Shown here: positions 1 to 9,765 of the stretch, piece by piece
How the letters are laid out: each line of letters begins with the position of its first letter
Numbering within the stretch: the first letter of the stretch is position 1
Source of the DNA: an uncultured delta proteobacterium
GTDB taxonomy: Bacteria > Desulfobacterota > RBG-13-43-22
DNA: 64,000 nucleotides
Direction of reading: 5' to 3'
NCBI GenBank assembly: GCA_963743305.1
Contig: CAVUPH010000014.1
Coordinates: 128,001 to 192,000, forward strand
Translations under genes and position numbers: made by a program
Notes under the pieces: generated by a model
The model's input: the letters and a program-made list of their open reading frames with translations, nothing else
Database searches by the model: none
What the model was told of the DNA's origin: nothing

Positions 1-179
1 ATGGCTAAGAGCAGGAAGACGGCCTCGGTGACATATGGCTTGAGCAAGGCGCCGAACGCTGGAAGGAGGATGCCGACCACCACGAGCGCGGCAACGACTA
101 ACGGTCCTTGCCGGCCAAGCCAGGAGAGCATTGCTCCGGGTAAATCAATAAGGAGCCTTCTAAGAAACACCCTTGCCAA
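1..179 (-). CDS. Na+-dependent transporter (bile acid:sodium symporter-like), N-terminal part, runs off window
   Basis: Manual minus-strand translation ...AMLSWLGRQGPLVVAALVVVGILLPAFGALLKPYVTEAVFLLLA; hydrophobic; start codon uncertain. Confidence 0.55.
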   Translation of the reverse strand, partial: MARVFLRRLLIDLPGAMLSWLGRQGPLVVAALVVVGILLPAFGALLKPYVTEAVFLLLA

Positions 180-191
180 CTCGTGACATCC

Positions 192-755
192 CTACTTAAT
201 CAACTTCTTGCCTACCTCCCAGGCAGGAGCCACATCGGGTCCCACGGCGGCATACATTTTCCGCGGTTGGATGAGCAGGAGGGGATTCATCTTCGCTATA
301 TCAGGGGCCCCGGCGGTTAGGTACCGCTCCTCCGAGTAAGCGGCCACAATCTCTCCGATAAAGAGCTGTTCCATAGGCAGCTCCACGGTCTGGATAAGCC
401 GGCATTCTATGCTGAATGGGCACTCCTTGATCATCGGCGCGGTTTTCAGCTTTCCATAGAAGGTCTCGAAAAGGGCCGATTTATCAACTTTTCGGCCCGA
501 GACGATCCCGCAATAGTCCACCTTTTCCGCCATGTCGGCCGAAGGAATGTTGACACTGAAAGTCCTGTTTTCAGTAATACCGGAGTTGGTGTAGTGGGCC
601 TTGTTCATACTCACCAGGACGTAGGCCGGTTTGGGATTAACCATGGTGAACCAAGCCACCGTGAGGAAATTCGCCTTCCCCTCCACGTTCGCGCCGACCA
701 ACGAACAGGGCATGGGGTAATACAGCCGTTCTGCAGATACTTCGATCTTTTCCAT
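192..755 (-). CDS. Flavin reductase family protein
   Basis: YPMPCSLVGA, NFLTVAW, FSVNIP, APMIKECPFSIECRL, LFIGEIV motifs. Confidence 0.9.
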   Translation of the reverse strand: MEKIEVSAERLYYPMPCSLVGANVEGKANFLTVAWFTMVNPKPAYVLVSMNKAHYTNSGITENRTFSVNIPSADMAEKVDYCGIVSGRKVDKSALFETFYGKLKTAPMIKECPFSIECRLIQTVELPMEQLFIGEIVAAYSEERYLTAGAPDIAKMNPLLLIQPRKMYAAVGPDVAPAWEVGKKLIK

Positions 756-780
756 TGGGTTCTCCTTTTTGCTGAGGTCA

Positions 781-1065
781 GTAAAATTTTTGCCGGGTCA
801 CTGCACAGGTAGGCAGCGAACTCTGCCGCCTCGCGCGATCCCACCAAGCGACCCAGCGGCACTTCCCGCTTCAACCGCTCGCGGAAGCGGGTCCCCCAGA
901 GCGGCAAAGGTATCCCTCCACTCCGTCTCGGTCACCTCCGTGGCCGCGGTGGCGGGGGCCGACACGGCCAGGTTGACGACCAGCACATCAATCAGTCCGG
1001 CGGCCGTGACAACGGCGGCCGGTGCCTGGGGATCGACCAGCGGCGACGAGTTCCCCGGCTTCGAT
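781..1065 (-). pseudogene. Internally deleted SDR oxidoreductase remnant
   Basis: IDVLVVNLAV..ATEVTETEWRDTFAALGDPLP joined out of frame to RFRERLKREVPLGRL..EAAEFAAYLCSD; catalytic middle missing. Confidence 0.6.
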
Positions 1066-1107
1066 CTATTCCCTCACGACGCATCAGGATCGTCTCTAGC
1101 CCCATGG

Positions 1108-1692
1108 CTACTTTTCTTTGCCGGCCAGCGCGTTCTCAATACGTCGATCCGGCACCAGCCAAACCAGTGCAACCAATACGTAAAGACCTTGGGAGAGCCA
1201 GTGCGCCCAAAACGCCGTCGGGATGGCAATGAGGTAAATCAGGGGCGAGGCTTTTCCCTTCCAATCACTGCCGACAGCCTTCCGGAGGAGAGAGTCGGGA
1301 CCTTGTGCCGCAATGATAAATTGCTGCAGCATCCAGTAAGCGATCGCGGCCATTAACAGAACGACCCCATAGAAGGCCGAGGGTGCCGCGGCGAAGTGGT
1401 TCTCTCCCATCCAACCCGTGGCGAAAGGAAACAGGGATAGCCAGAACAACAGATGCAGGTTGGCCCAGAGCATCGGCCCCGTTACATGATGAGACGTCTG
1501 CAGCATATGGTGGTGGTTATTCCAGTAGATGCCGACGTAAACGAAGCTCAACACATAGCTCAAGAATACGGGTATCAACGGCGCGAGCGCCTCGAGGCTC
1601 TCGCCCTGCGGCACCTTCAATTCCAATACCATAATGGTGATGATGATGGCGATCACGCCGTCGCTGAAGGCTTCTAACCTGTTTTTACCCAT
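1108..1692 (-). CDS. TMEM175 family potassium channel
   Basis: Signature RLEAFSDGVIAIIITIMVLEL; about 6 TM helices. Confidence 0.92.
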   Translation of the reverse strand: MGKNRLEAFSDGVIAIIITIMVLELKVPQGESLEALAPLIPVFLSYVLSFVYVGIYWNNHHHMLQTSHHVTGPMLWANLHLLFWLSLFPFATGWMGENHFAAAPSAFYGVVLLMAAIAYWMLQQFIIAAQGPDSLLRKAVGSDWKGKASPLIYLIAIPTAFWAHWLSQGLYVLVALVWLVPDRRIENALAGKEK

Positions 1693-1841
1693 TCAGATCC
1701 AGCTCTTTCTCAAAGAAATTACCGCCCAAATTCCATTCTGACCATTTCCAACAAATAGTATATCAAGAATTGGCCTGACCGTGGATGGTAATTAGTCTGG
1801 CCCAACGAAAATGGATCCTTTGGATCCGCGCCCTCCGCCGT

Positions 1842-2903
1842 CTACGGGTCCAGATGGATTTCTCCCACATCCTCCAGGCGGTCCGGCCGCCACCGGGGGC
1901 GGTCATCCTTGTCGATCAAACGGGCACGGACGCCTTCCAGGTAGTCGGAATGATTCAGCAGGAACCGCGAAGCCTTGAGGTCCATTGCGAATACTTCTTC
2001 CAGGGTACGTCCCTGGTTATGGCGCAGCAATTGCAGGGTAACGGTCAGGGCCGTGGGGGAGCGCTCGGACAAGCGCTGAAATATACCCTGGCAGAGATCG
2101 CTGAACAGGCTGCACTGGCGCAGGTCTTCCAGAAGCTCCGGGATCGAATCCTTCCCGGCCAGGGTGGTCCTGACCCAATCGTCCATTTCCGGCCGGGGCG
2201 GAATATCCTTGGCGATAAAAGGTTCAATCACCGCGGTGATCTGTCCCAGGGCTTCGACTTTGTCCCCGGGAAATCCCGCGGGTAGATTTTTCAGCCGTTC
2301 CATAAGGCCGGGCAGGTCTCCGGAAAAAACCAGGTGGGTGGCCAATCCCAGGCGCACGCTCTCCGTTCCCTGCACTTCATAGCCGGTCAGCCCCAGGTAT
2401 TCGGGGTAGCCGGGCGGGCATTTTTCAAAGAGCCAGCCGGTGGCGCCCACGTCGGGAAAGAAGCCGATGCGCGTCTCCGGCATGGCCATGCGGGTCCGCT
2501 CCGTGGCCACCACCAGATCGGCCCCGGCGGCCAGCCCCAGTCCGCCGCCCATGGTAATGCCATCGGCCAGTACTACCACGGGTTTGGGATAATGGTGCAG
2601 GCTGAGGTCCAGGGCGTATTCTTCCGAAAGAAGATGAAGCGCCTTATCCACCCGGCCTTCCCAGACATCCCGGGCCATGGCCTTGATGTCGCCCCCGGCG
2701 CAGAACCCTCTTTCCCCCGCGCCGTAGAAAAGCAGCAGCCCCACGGTTTCATCCTCAGCCGCCCGTTTTACGGCCTTCCGGATCAAAGCGATCATCTCGG
2801 AGGAAAGGCTGTTCAGGACTCCCGGCCGGTTGAGCAAAATGGTTTGCATCGGGCCGTCTTTAGCGATGAGCACCGGAGGAGCCGGATCGGATTTCAATTC
2901 CAT
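1842..2903 (-). CDS. Enoyl-CoA hydratase/isomerase (3-hydroxyisobutyryl-CoA hydrolase-like)
   Basis: FCAGGDI, GITMGGG, MPETRIGFFPDVG, EGVRARLIDKD. Confidence 0.92.
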   Translation of the reverse strand: MELKSDPAPPVLIAKDGPMQTILLNRPGVLNSLSSEMIALIRKAVKRAAEDETVGLLLFYGAGERGFCAGGDIKAMARDVWEGRVDKALHLLSEEYALDLSLHHYPKPVVVLADGITMGGGLGLAAGADLVVATERTRMAMPETRIGFFPDVGATGWLFEKCPPGYPEYLGLTGYEVQGTESVRLGLATHLVFSGDLPGLMERLKNLPAGFPGDKVEALGQITAVIEPFIAKDIPPRPEMDDWVRTTLAGKDSIPELLEDLRQCSLFSDLCQGIFQRLSERSPTALTVTLQLLRHNQGRTLEEVFAMDLKASRFLLNHSDYLEGVRARLIDKDDRPRWRPDRLEDVGEIHLDP

Positions 2904-2941
2904 TTTGACCGGCCTTTCAAATAGTCCGGTTGCGCGGCGGG

Positions 2942-3424
2942 TCAGGGGCGTTTTTCACTGAAGGCACCAGCCGTTGCCGCCAGAGGAATGGCAAAGAGCA
3001 CTGCGAAAACTAAGTTGAGTGCGGCGTTCTGCCAGAAGTCGGACCACAAGGATATCGCCGTGTCTGGAACGAACCAAGCCGCCAGAGAAACGACGAGAGC
3101 AAGCCAACCCTGTTTCGAGCGTTGGCGGAAGGGGCCGAGGAGTACAAATAAGAGGGCGACCCCCCAGCCGACCATGACCGCACCCAGAACGCCATGAACG
3201 AGGGTGACATAGGCGACGGCAGGGGCGCCGAAGGTGGCCAGCCTCTCGGGTGATGAGTAGAGCAGCAGGCCAAAGAAGCGGCGGGCGAACTCTGGCGCGA
3301 CGATCAGGCTGATGCCGAAAAGTTGAACGCCCAAGGTGACCGCAACTAACCAACGCCACCAGAAGTGAAACTGCGAGGAACTTTGCACGTGGTGCACCTT
3401 ATACCGACGGTTAAGACCAGCCAA
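2942..3424 (-). CDS. Hypothetical membrane protein (about 4 TM)
   Basis: Hydrophobic ORF, WFVPDT..SL motif; start uncertain. Confidence 0.7.
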   Translation of the reverse strand: MAGLNRRYKVHHVQSSSQFHFWWRWLVAVTLGVQLFGISLIVAPEFARRFFGLLLYSSPERLATFGAPAVAYVTLVHGVLGAVMVGWGVALLFVLLGPFRQRSKQGWLALVVSLAAWFVPDTAISLWSDFWQNAALNLVFAVLFAIPLAATAGAFSEKRP

Positions 3425-3482
3425 AAATATTTCAAATATTTTTAGCTGTAATAGAAACCACTTAACAGATCGCTCCTCGACC

Positions 3483-3935
3483 TCAAAGGTTTCGTTCCAG
3501 GTTGATGGTAGTGGAAGGGTTAAATTGATTCGCGCTAAAGAAATGGGTTAGTTTGGAATCATTTCTGTCGACCAGGGTGTTTACTTTTTGAACGCCGAGA
3601 CTTTTCAAGTGATCCATAAACTCATTAATCAACTGCTCACCGACTCCCTGATGCTGGTAAGCGGGATCAACGCCGATGGTATCCAGGGTGGCCTGTTGCT
3701 GGAAAATACCAAATTCTCCCATATAGAGTTCTCCCATAACAAACCCCACCACCGTTCCATCTTCTTCCTCCGCCACCAGCGACGTCGGCAAATATTCTTT
3801 GGATTTAAAAAGTCTTTCAAACTTCACTTCATAGTACATCGCCCGGGACGCCTGGAGTACTTTCTCGTCAATCCCAACCACGGCGTTCAAATCGTCAGCC
3901 TTCATGAGTCTAATTTTTCTGCTGTTCTTGTTCAT
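3483..3935 (-). CDS. GNAT acetyltransferase
   Basis: LDTIGVDPAYQHQGVG acetyl-CoA motif; GGAG RBS. Confidence 0.88.
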   Translation of the reverse strand: MNKNSRKIRLMKADDLNAVVGIDEKVLQASRAMYYEVKFERLFKSKEYLPTSLVAEEEDGTVVGFVMGELYMGEFGIFQQQATLDTIGVDPAYQHQGVGEQLINEFMDHLKSLGVQKVNTLVDRNDSKLTHFFSANQFNPSTTINLERNL

Positions 3936-3992
3936 GGGGACTCCTTTCTCATTCGGGTCAGATCTTGTTTTTGAACGATAAGGGTAATTATT

Positions 3993-4027
3993 CCCCGGTC
4001 CCGCTGATGTTATAGGCGGGACCGGGA
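3993..4027. terminator. GC-rich hairpin, probable terminator
   Basis: CCCGGTCCCGC / GCGGGACCGGG inverted repeat downstream of the amidohydrolase. Confidence 0.5.
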
Positions 4028-4036
4028 TGACGGCCA

Positions 4037-4091
4037 GGGGTCAATTCCAGGACTGACTCAGTGGAGTCAACGGCATTGAGTCCGACTCCCC
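4037..4091 (+). repeat. RAYT-element-type end motif
   Basis: GTCAACGGCATTGAGTCCGACTCCCC (4066-4091), similar to 9326 and 11901; degenerate inverted GGGGTC at 4037. Confidence 0.6.
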
Positions 4092-4107
4092 GTTTCTCTT
4101 CCCGGGT

Positions 4108-5627
4108 TTATTTCTCCTTCCCGGGAACAGCTTCCGGGTCAAATCCGTACAAGTCCTTAAAAGTGGGCACTTTCAGATTAGCGGGTATGGGGTGAAAATA
4201 CTTCGTTTCGGCAAGATAACCCTTATGCTCTTTCCAGGCCTGAGCAATGATTTCAGGCTTGACCAGGAGTTCCAATGCGGATACGGCCATCCATTTGCTG
4301 ACGGTCATTCCCGCCTTGACCGCCGGCGGGGTGTCCGTCTGACAAACCATCAGCCAAGAATGAAGCGGTGTTCCCTTGGCCTGGGTCGCGACCCGGTAGG
4401 TGAGCGTGGGCATCATCCAGCTCACGTTTCCCTGATCGGTGGAAGCTTTCGCCACAAAGACCTTGGGAAATGTTTTACTTAGATCGGGGGCGGTAATGGT
4501 GGTATCGAACGCCGGCCCTTTGACTTCTTTCCCCAGCGCTTTGATGATTTGCTCCCCGAATTTCTGATCCTCATCGGTAAAGGGGGGGCCCCGACCTTTC
4601 GGGCATTTTCGTCGCCCAGTTTGCACAGGACTTTATTGGGAAGCACTTCCCAGACCGAGCTCAGAATCTTATAGCTCATCGTCGTCTGGGTCATTAAGGC
4701 CGCGCCTCGCGCCACGTCCTGCATCCATTTCCAGATCTGATCGACCTGGGTCATGCGGGGCGCCCTGATGTAATACCAGACTTCCGCATCCGGCGGCACG
4801 TTATTCGGAACCTCTCCGCCCTTGGTGATGACATACATGATCCGGGCTTCCTGGACAACATGTTCTCGCATGTAGTTCATTCCCACATTCATGAGTTCCA
4901 CGGCGTCCAATGCGCTCCGCCCCATTTCGGGTGCAGCGGCGGCATGGGCGGATTTCCCTTTAAATTGAAACTTGACGCTGGTCATGGCCAACATGGAATT
5001 ATTCTCCGGACCGTTGGTATCTCCCGGGTGCCAGGAAAGCATGATGTCTGTTCCATCGAAAACGCCGTCTCTGGCCATAAAGACCTTACCCACCAACGTC
5101 TCCTCCGCCGGAGTCCCGAAGACCTTCAAGGTCCCCTTTATGCCCTGTTTCTCCATGGCCACCTTGGCAGCAATGGCAGCCGTGGCGCTCGAAGTCCCAA
5201 AAAGGTTGTGGCCACAGCCGTGTCCGGGGCCTCCCGGGACAATCTCCGTTTTGGTCAGCGAACCTTTCACCTGAGAAAGGTTCGGTAGTGCATCAAACTC
5301 TGCCAGAAACCCGATAACCGGTTTCCCCGAGCCCCAGGTTGCCACGAAAGCCGTTGGCATTCCCGCCACTCCCTTTTCGATCTTGAATCCGTTCTTCGCC
5401 AAATAGTCCTGCAATTTCGCAGACGATTTGAACTCAACCAGACTCAACTCCGGATTGTTCCAGAGATATCCCGCAATTTCCTCATAGGTCGCCTTCCCTT
5501 TATCCACCCAATCGGTGGCCATCTTGCCGGCCTGGTTCAAGTCTTGACCGAAGGTTGGAAGAATTGAAAAGACCAGGACAAAAAGCAAAATACCCCCCAG
5601 ACAAAAACCCGATCGTTTGTTACCCAT
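4108..5627 (-). CDS. Secreted M20 amidohydrolase (AbgB-like), frameshifted near 4585
   Basis: Signal peptide, EFDALP, GHGCGHN, PAEE, GRSALDAVELM, STDQGNVSW; break at a G homopolymer. Confidence 0.88.
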
Positions 5628-5669
5628 GATAAGGCCCTCTCTCTTTCTATTATTTATATTATTTGGCTA

Positions 5670-5907
5670 TTCTGCGAGAAACCGCTCTCTGCCGCTTCAA
5701 TCTCCCCATTGGGCGGAAATGGACCTATCAATACCGGCCCACGAACCGGAGTCGGATCGTCTCTTCCGTGCGACCGGGAAGGGGGCGGACCAGACTCATC
5801 TCTTTTAATACCAGAAAAAATGCGCTAATTAAAAGCAATAATTTAACTTAAACGGTTAGGCCGCAAGTCGACGATCAGTGACCTTGTTGAGTCCGACCCC
5901 GATTCTC
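5670..5907 (+). mobile_element. Degenerate RAYT 3' remnant plus end motif
   Basis: LRE..RFNLPIG..VRPGRGR-like translation followed by GTCGACG..TTGAGTCCGACCCCG. Confidence 0.4.
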
Positions 5908-5929
5908 GGAAGACAGGGAGCTTCAAAAT

Positions 5930-6086
5930 TGATGACCTCGCAAAAAGTCAAAAGACGACTTTCTGCTCGGCGGGGGAGGGCTTCCCCTCCCCCGCCATTT
6001 GAAGTGAATTCAAATGGTCCCACCCCTACCCCAGCCCGGCGCTTAATCGTGCTCGGGCTGCTGACGGACTTATTGCGAGTCCGTCA
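5930..6086 (+). mobile_element. 157-bp MITE, copy 1
   Basis: TIRs TGATGACCTCGCAAAAAGTC / GACTTATTGCGAGTCCGTCA; 4-bp TSD AAAT. Confidence 0.85.
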
Positions 6087-6322
6087 AAATTATTAAATAA
6101 ATAGTCTTTCCCCTCCGGAGTGAAAAATTTTCCTATCAAGGGGAAGGTTTTTCGCTGTCCCCTCCAAAAGATACCTGTCCGGGGGAGCTGGATACTAAGG
6201 GCACAAGTTCAGGGGAACAGATTCCAGCAATCCTTTAACTATAAAATATTTTTACATTTTTTTCACCGACCCACCGGCCGGTCCGCCAACTTGCCAAAAG
6301 AAATCGGTTTCGGGTTTCCCTC

Positions 6323-6338
6323 CGGCACGCTTCTTGAA
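6323..6338 (+). promoter_or_regulatory. Putative sigma-54 promoter
   Basis: CGGCACG-CTTC-TTGAA with -24/-12 spacing, about 45 bp before ATG 6384. Confidence 0.45.
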
Positions 6339-6383
6339 GTAACAGGGAGTTTTAAAAACAGAAACAAAAAAGGGGGCGATCCC

Positions 6384-7262
6384 ATGAATACCATCAGCCA
6401 AGTCATCTCTGGACTGGCGGCGCAAAATGTAGCCAAGAATTATGACAGTTTTCAAACCCAAAACGCCCTAAATACACAGGAAGGAACTGAAACGAATTCA
6501 TTTCTTTCTATTTTTAAACAATTGGATGTTAATGCCGACGATTCGCTTGATACCAATGAATTGAATCTCGGCCTTGAAGGGTTTATTTCCAATTTTATCT
6601 TTCAACGGGATCTGGATGGAAATCAAGCCATCAGTGCCGAAGAGGCCGGGACCTCAACGGACGTTATCTCAAATTTAGACACCAATTCGGACCAGTTGGT
6701 GGACGGCAAGGAAATTAATACGGAAGCAGGCCGGATCCTGGATGGACTGGTATCGATTCTGGACACCAACAGCGACAAGGCCCTGTCGAGGAAAGAGCTG
6801 TCCATCTTTGAACTGCTTTTCAGCAGCAGTCCTTCAACGGATGCCGATACGAACACCATCTTTGACCGCAGCAGCTCTTCCGCGGGTGAAAACCTGGAGT
6901 TGGACATGAGCACCATCCCGGATCGCATGAGAGCGGCAGGGTTTCAGGGATCAGACAACGCGTTGTACTATGCTTTGGCTCATGTTTATAATATTGGCCC
7001 GGGTCAGGAAATGCCGGATGATGACGCCGGATCGTTAGCCGTCCTAAACACTCAGCGAGACGCGATTTACAACTGGTTTGATGGCGAGGTAGCCAAGGTT
7101 AAAAACATCTTAAAAACGAACCCCCAGGCCACTTTAACGGCGATAACCAATGATGGACGGGACCGCTGTGGATTTCGGCTTGGCCCCGCGATTGTGGACC
7201 GGTTGAAGGAGTTTGGAAACCGCGTGCAATTGGGGACCATCCTTCCCGATACTGAGTATTAG
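6384..7262 (+). CDS. EF-hand repeat protein
   Basis: Four EF loops DVNADDSLDTNE, DLDGNQAISAEE, DTNSDQLVDGKE, DTNSDKALSRKE; RBS before 6384. Confidence 0.8.
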   Translation: MNTISQVISGLAAQNVAKNYDSFQTQNALNTQEGTETNSFLSIFKQLDVNADDSLDTNELNLGLEGFISNFIFQRDLDGNQAISAEEAGTSTDVISNLDTNSDQLVDGKEINTEAGRILDGLVSILDTNSDKALSRKELSIFELLFSSSPSTDADTNTIFDRSSSSAGENLELDMSTIPDRMRAAGFQGSDNALYYALAHVYNIGPGQEMPDDDAGSLAVLNTQRDAIYNWFDGEVAKVKNILKTNPQATLTAITNDGRDRCGFRLGPAIVDRLKEFGNRVQLGTILPDTEY

Positions 7263-7327
7263 GTTTGCGCTGACCCGGGCAGTATCATCCATCGGCCGTT
7301 CCTAATTCGTTGGGTGCGGCGTCCGTC

Positions 7328-7795
7328 CTATTCCTCGGTGAATGGTATGCCGGCTTCTTCCAGGGCTTCACGGGCAATTCTCTCGAGCGCGTGTTCTTTA
7401 AATTCGAACCACTCGTCCCGTAGGCCATGTTGATTTACCACCTCCTTGAAGTATCGAAAGGCACCCCGGCCATGAATGGCCCGCAGAAGGTTTTCGGCCC
7501 CTTCCCGATCTGTTTGTGATTGAGCGAAATCCCGCATTATCTCCCACTCGTTAATCTCGAACTTGCCCGGCAGGGCTATCCAGACCTCGCTATCCAGGAC
7601 CTCTCTGGCTTTGGCAGCGGATTCCAGTTCCCAATCCGCCAGCTCGTCCTCTTCTTCCCCGCCCTCGGCCTGCGCGGCCTCTTCATCCGAGAACGAATAT
7701 AGCTCGCCCGTCTCGCGATGGATGTATGCCGACCACCCCTCGGGCAGCGCCTCCAGCTCTTCAGCCACCTGCTTCAGCGAAACTGGAATTCCCAT
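7328..7795 (-). CDS. UPF0158 family protein
   Basis: LP.KFEINEWEIMRDF, LLRAIHGRGAFRYFK. Confidence 0.85.
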   Translation of the reverse strand: MGIPVSLKQVAEELEALPEGWSAYIHRETGELYSFSDEEAAQAEGGEEEDELADWELESAAKAREVLDSEVWIALPGKFEINEWEIMRDFAQSQTDREGAENLLRAIHGRGAFRYFKEVVNQHGLRDEWFEFKEHALERIAREALEEAGIPFTEE

Positions 7796-7960
7796 CGTTT
7801 AACCTCCTAGATTCTCCTTATTAGGGGCAAAAAGGGCAGTTTAAGTTCTCATTTGCCTATCACGTTTAATAGAATTTTGTGAAAATTCAAATGGTTCTCC
7901 TGGTACGACCCCGATCCTTAGGGTAGCGCAAAGCTATTACAGACTAACCAATCCCTTTCA

Positions 7961-8470
7961 TTACTCCGGAAGGTATGGGATGAGCCCCCGGGCATAGGCG
8001 GCCTCTTGGAGATCACGGGGCAGATGCCGGACATCGACGATCAAACCGTTGACCATGATCATCCAGACCATGGGGTTGTCTGCCAATTTGCTGGGACGGC
8101 ACCACCGAGGATCCAGTTGGCCCATGCCCAGGACGTCCCGGACCTTCTTGGATTTGGCCGCCCCTGTGCTTTTGCTGACGCGAAAGGCTGCACAGAGATC
8201 CCCTGCGCTCATCGAGGGAGTCTGACTTTTATCGAACAGAAAATTTGCAGACCCCAGGGCATAGACAATCCCGCAAGCCCATGTTTCCACATACCCGGTG
8301 GCGAGCGGCGATGGACGTCGACGGCACAAGGCCGCCGTGGCTTGACGGGCCAGTTGCGCATATTCCTCATCCAAATGGGTTTTGCAGAAAATATCGGTCA
8401 GGGTTACAATGGCATCGAAGATGCCCTGCATGTGCTTGGGAACTTTTTCTGATTGGCTGATTCTGGTCAT
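7961..8470 (-). CDS. DUF6398-like hypothetical protein
   Basis: FC..HLDEEY, WACGIVYALGSANFLFD, NGLIVDVR. Confidence 0.75.
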   Translation of the reverse strand: MTRISQSEKVPKHMQGIFDAIVTLTDIFCKTHLDEEYAQLARQATAALCRRRPSPLATGYVETWACGIVYALGSANFLFDKSQTPSMSAGDLCAAFRVSKSTGAAKSKKVRDVLGMGQLDPRWCRPSKLADNPMVWMIMVNGLIVDVRHLPRDLQEAAYARGLIPYLPE

Positions 8471-8655
8471 CTTAGCCTCGAGTCGGTCGCCATAGATTGA
8501 TTAATAAGAACGAAGGTTTAGGTAGCCGGTAATCGTCGCTTCTTTCAATGTTGTGATTCAGATTTTTGTGGTTTAATTTTTTTACTCGAAATGCCCCATT
8601 TCTTCAAGTAGTTGTTTTATAATGAAAATAATTATATCCGCATGGAAGTGTTTTG

Positions 8656-9066
8656 ATGAAGCGACAGGAATGGATGGATGCAGCAGAAAGGCCATTGGGC
8701 TCCTGGGCTGTTTTTATCGGTGAAGATGGACCGAGAACCGAGAAGATCACCGGGCGACTCTATGTTACCACCCGAAATGTATATTTTGATGCGGGCCTGC
8801 GACTCGATCGGGATGCCGGACTCATGATGGGTGGTGGGAGCCTGGATTTTCAAGGTGATGCGGAGCCTCCTTTCCAGATGATGCAGGAGCGAGTGAAGAT
8901 CGCCCGGGACCTGATTCAGCAGGTGACCACTTCCCGCAAATGGTTGATCCTCGGTTCATTGCATCTGCACCTCTACGGTGGACAGGAATTAATATTTCGT
9001 TTTGGAGCCTGTCCCCTTAGAGGCGCCCTTTCCGCGCTCAAGACCACTACCCTTGCAACCGCATGA
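8656..9066 (+). CDS. Hypothetical protein, possible PH/GRAM-like fold
   Basis: KITGRLYVTTRNVYF motif. Confidence 0.55.
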   Translation: MKRQEWMDAAERPLGSWAVFIGEDGPRTEKITGRLYVTTRNVYFDAGLRLDRDAGLMMGGGSLDFQGDAEPPFQMMQERVKIARDLIQQVTTSRKWLILGSLHLHLYGGQELIFRFGACPLRGALSALKTTTLATA

Positions 9067-9095
9067 TTCTGTTCAGGCGGCTTGAGCCTTTCGCC

Positions 9096-9352
9096 GGAGT
9101 CGGACCCAATGACGTTTTGGAAGGGCTTGTGAATTGCCCTGAACGACACCGCGTATCAGTAAAACCGGATCACCATTTTTCTCGAGATCGTCAGGAATAT
9201 CGAAGAAAAAGTCGTGGCCTGGAAAAACGCCGCCGGGGACGTCCACCCAAGTACTCCTCTCCCCAGCCTAAGACTATAGAACCCAAAACCCTTAAAGATT
9301 GCAAAAAACAGGCTTTTCCTGTTGAGTTAACGGCATTGTGTCCGTCCTCCCC
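9096..9352 (+). mobile_element. Internally deleted RAYT/TnpA(REP)-like element with terminal inverted motifs
   Basis: Left GGAGTCGGACCCAATGACGTT, right AACGGCATTGTGTCCGTCCTCC; inside, degenerate MP.T.RVSV.P.HH start joined to IEEK..GLEKRRRGRPPK end. Confidence 0.6.
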
Positions 9353-9354
9353 TA

Positions 9355-9765
9355 TCAGATCAAGGTCTTGGTAATTATTTCCAAACCTTGAATATTTTCG
9401 AAATCTCTGGCGTTGTGGGTTACAAAGGGGACCGAATGCCTGACGGCGCAGGCGGCTATCCAGGCGTCATTGGACGTTATAGGCCTTCCTTTCCTTTCTC
9501 TTTCGACAAGTACAAGGGCATACCTTCTCGAAATTTCATAATCATAGGGAATAATCAAAAAATTTCGCAAGGTTGTTTCCAGCTTCAGCTTTCTTTCCGG
9601 CCCCCAACCGGCCTTTTCCGCTCCGTACAATAACTCCCCTACCGTAACAAAACTAATGGCCAGAATTTTCCCTTTAAGATCTTCGGAATACAAACGGGCC
9701 TCGGCCTGACCACGCATCAGGTAAGACACTATATTGGTGTCTATCATCAACTGTGGCGTGGTCAT
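9355..9765 (-). CDS. vapC: PIN domain (VapC) toxin
   Basis: IDTNIVS, TVGELLYG, NDAWIAA, VTHNARDF. Confidence 0.92.
   Translation of the reverse strand: MTTPQLMIDTNIVSYLMRGQAEARLYSEDLKGKILAISFVTVGELLYGAEKAGWGPERKLKLETTLRNFLIIPYDYEISRRYALVLVERERKGRPITSNDAWIAACAVRHSVPFVTHNARDFENIQGLEIITKTLI

Noticed and set aside
6120-6383. N-terminal extension of the EF-hand protein
   Set aside because: RBS precedes ATG 6384; the upstream part looks like promoter DNA
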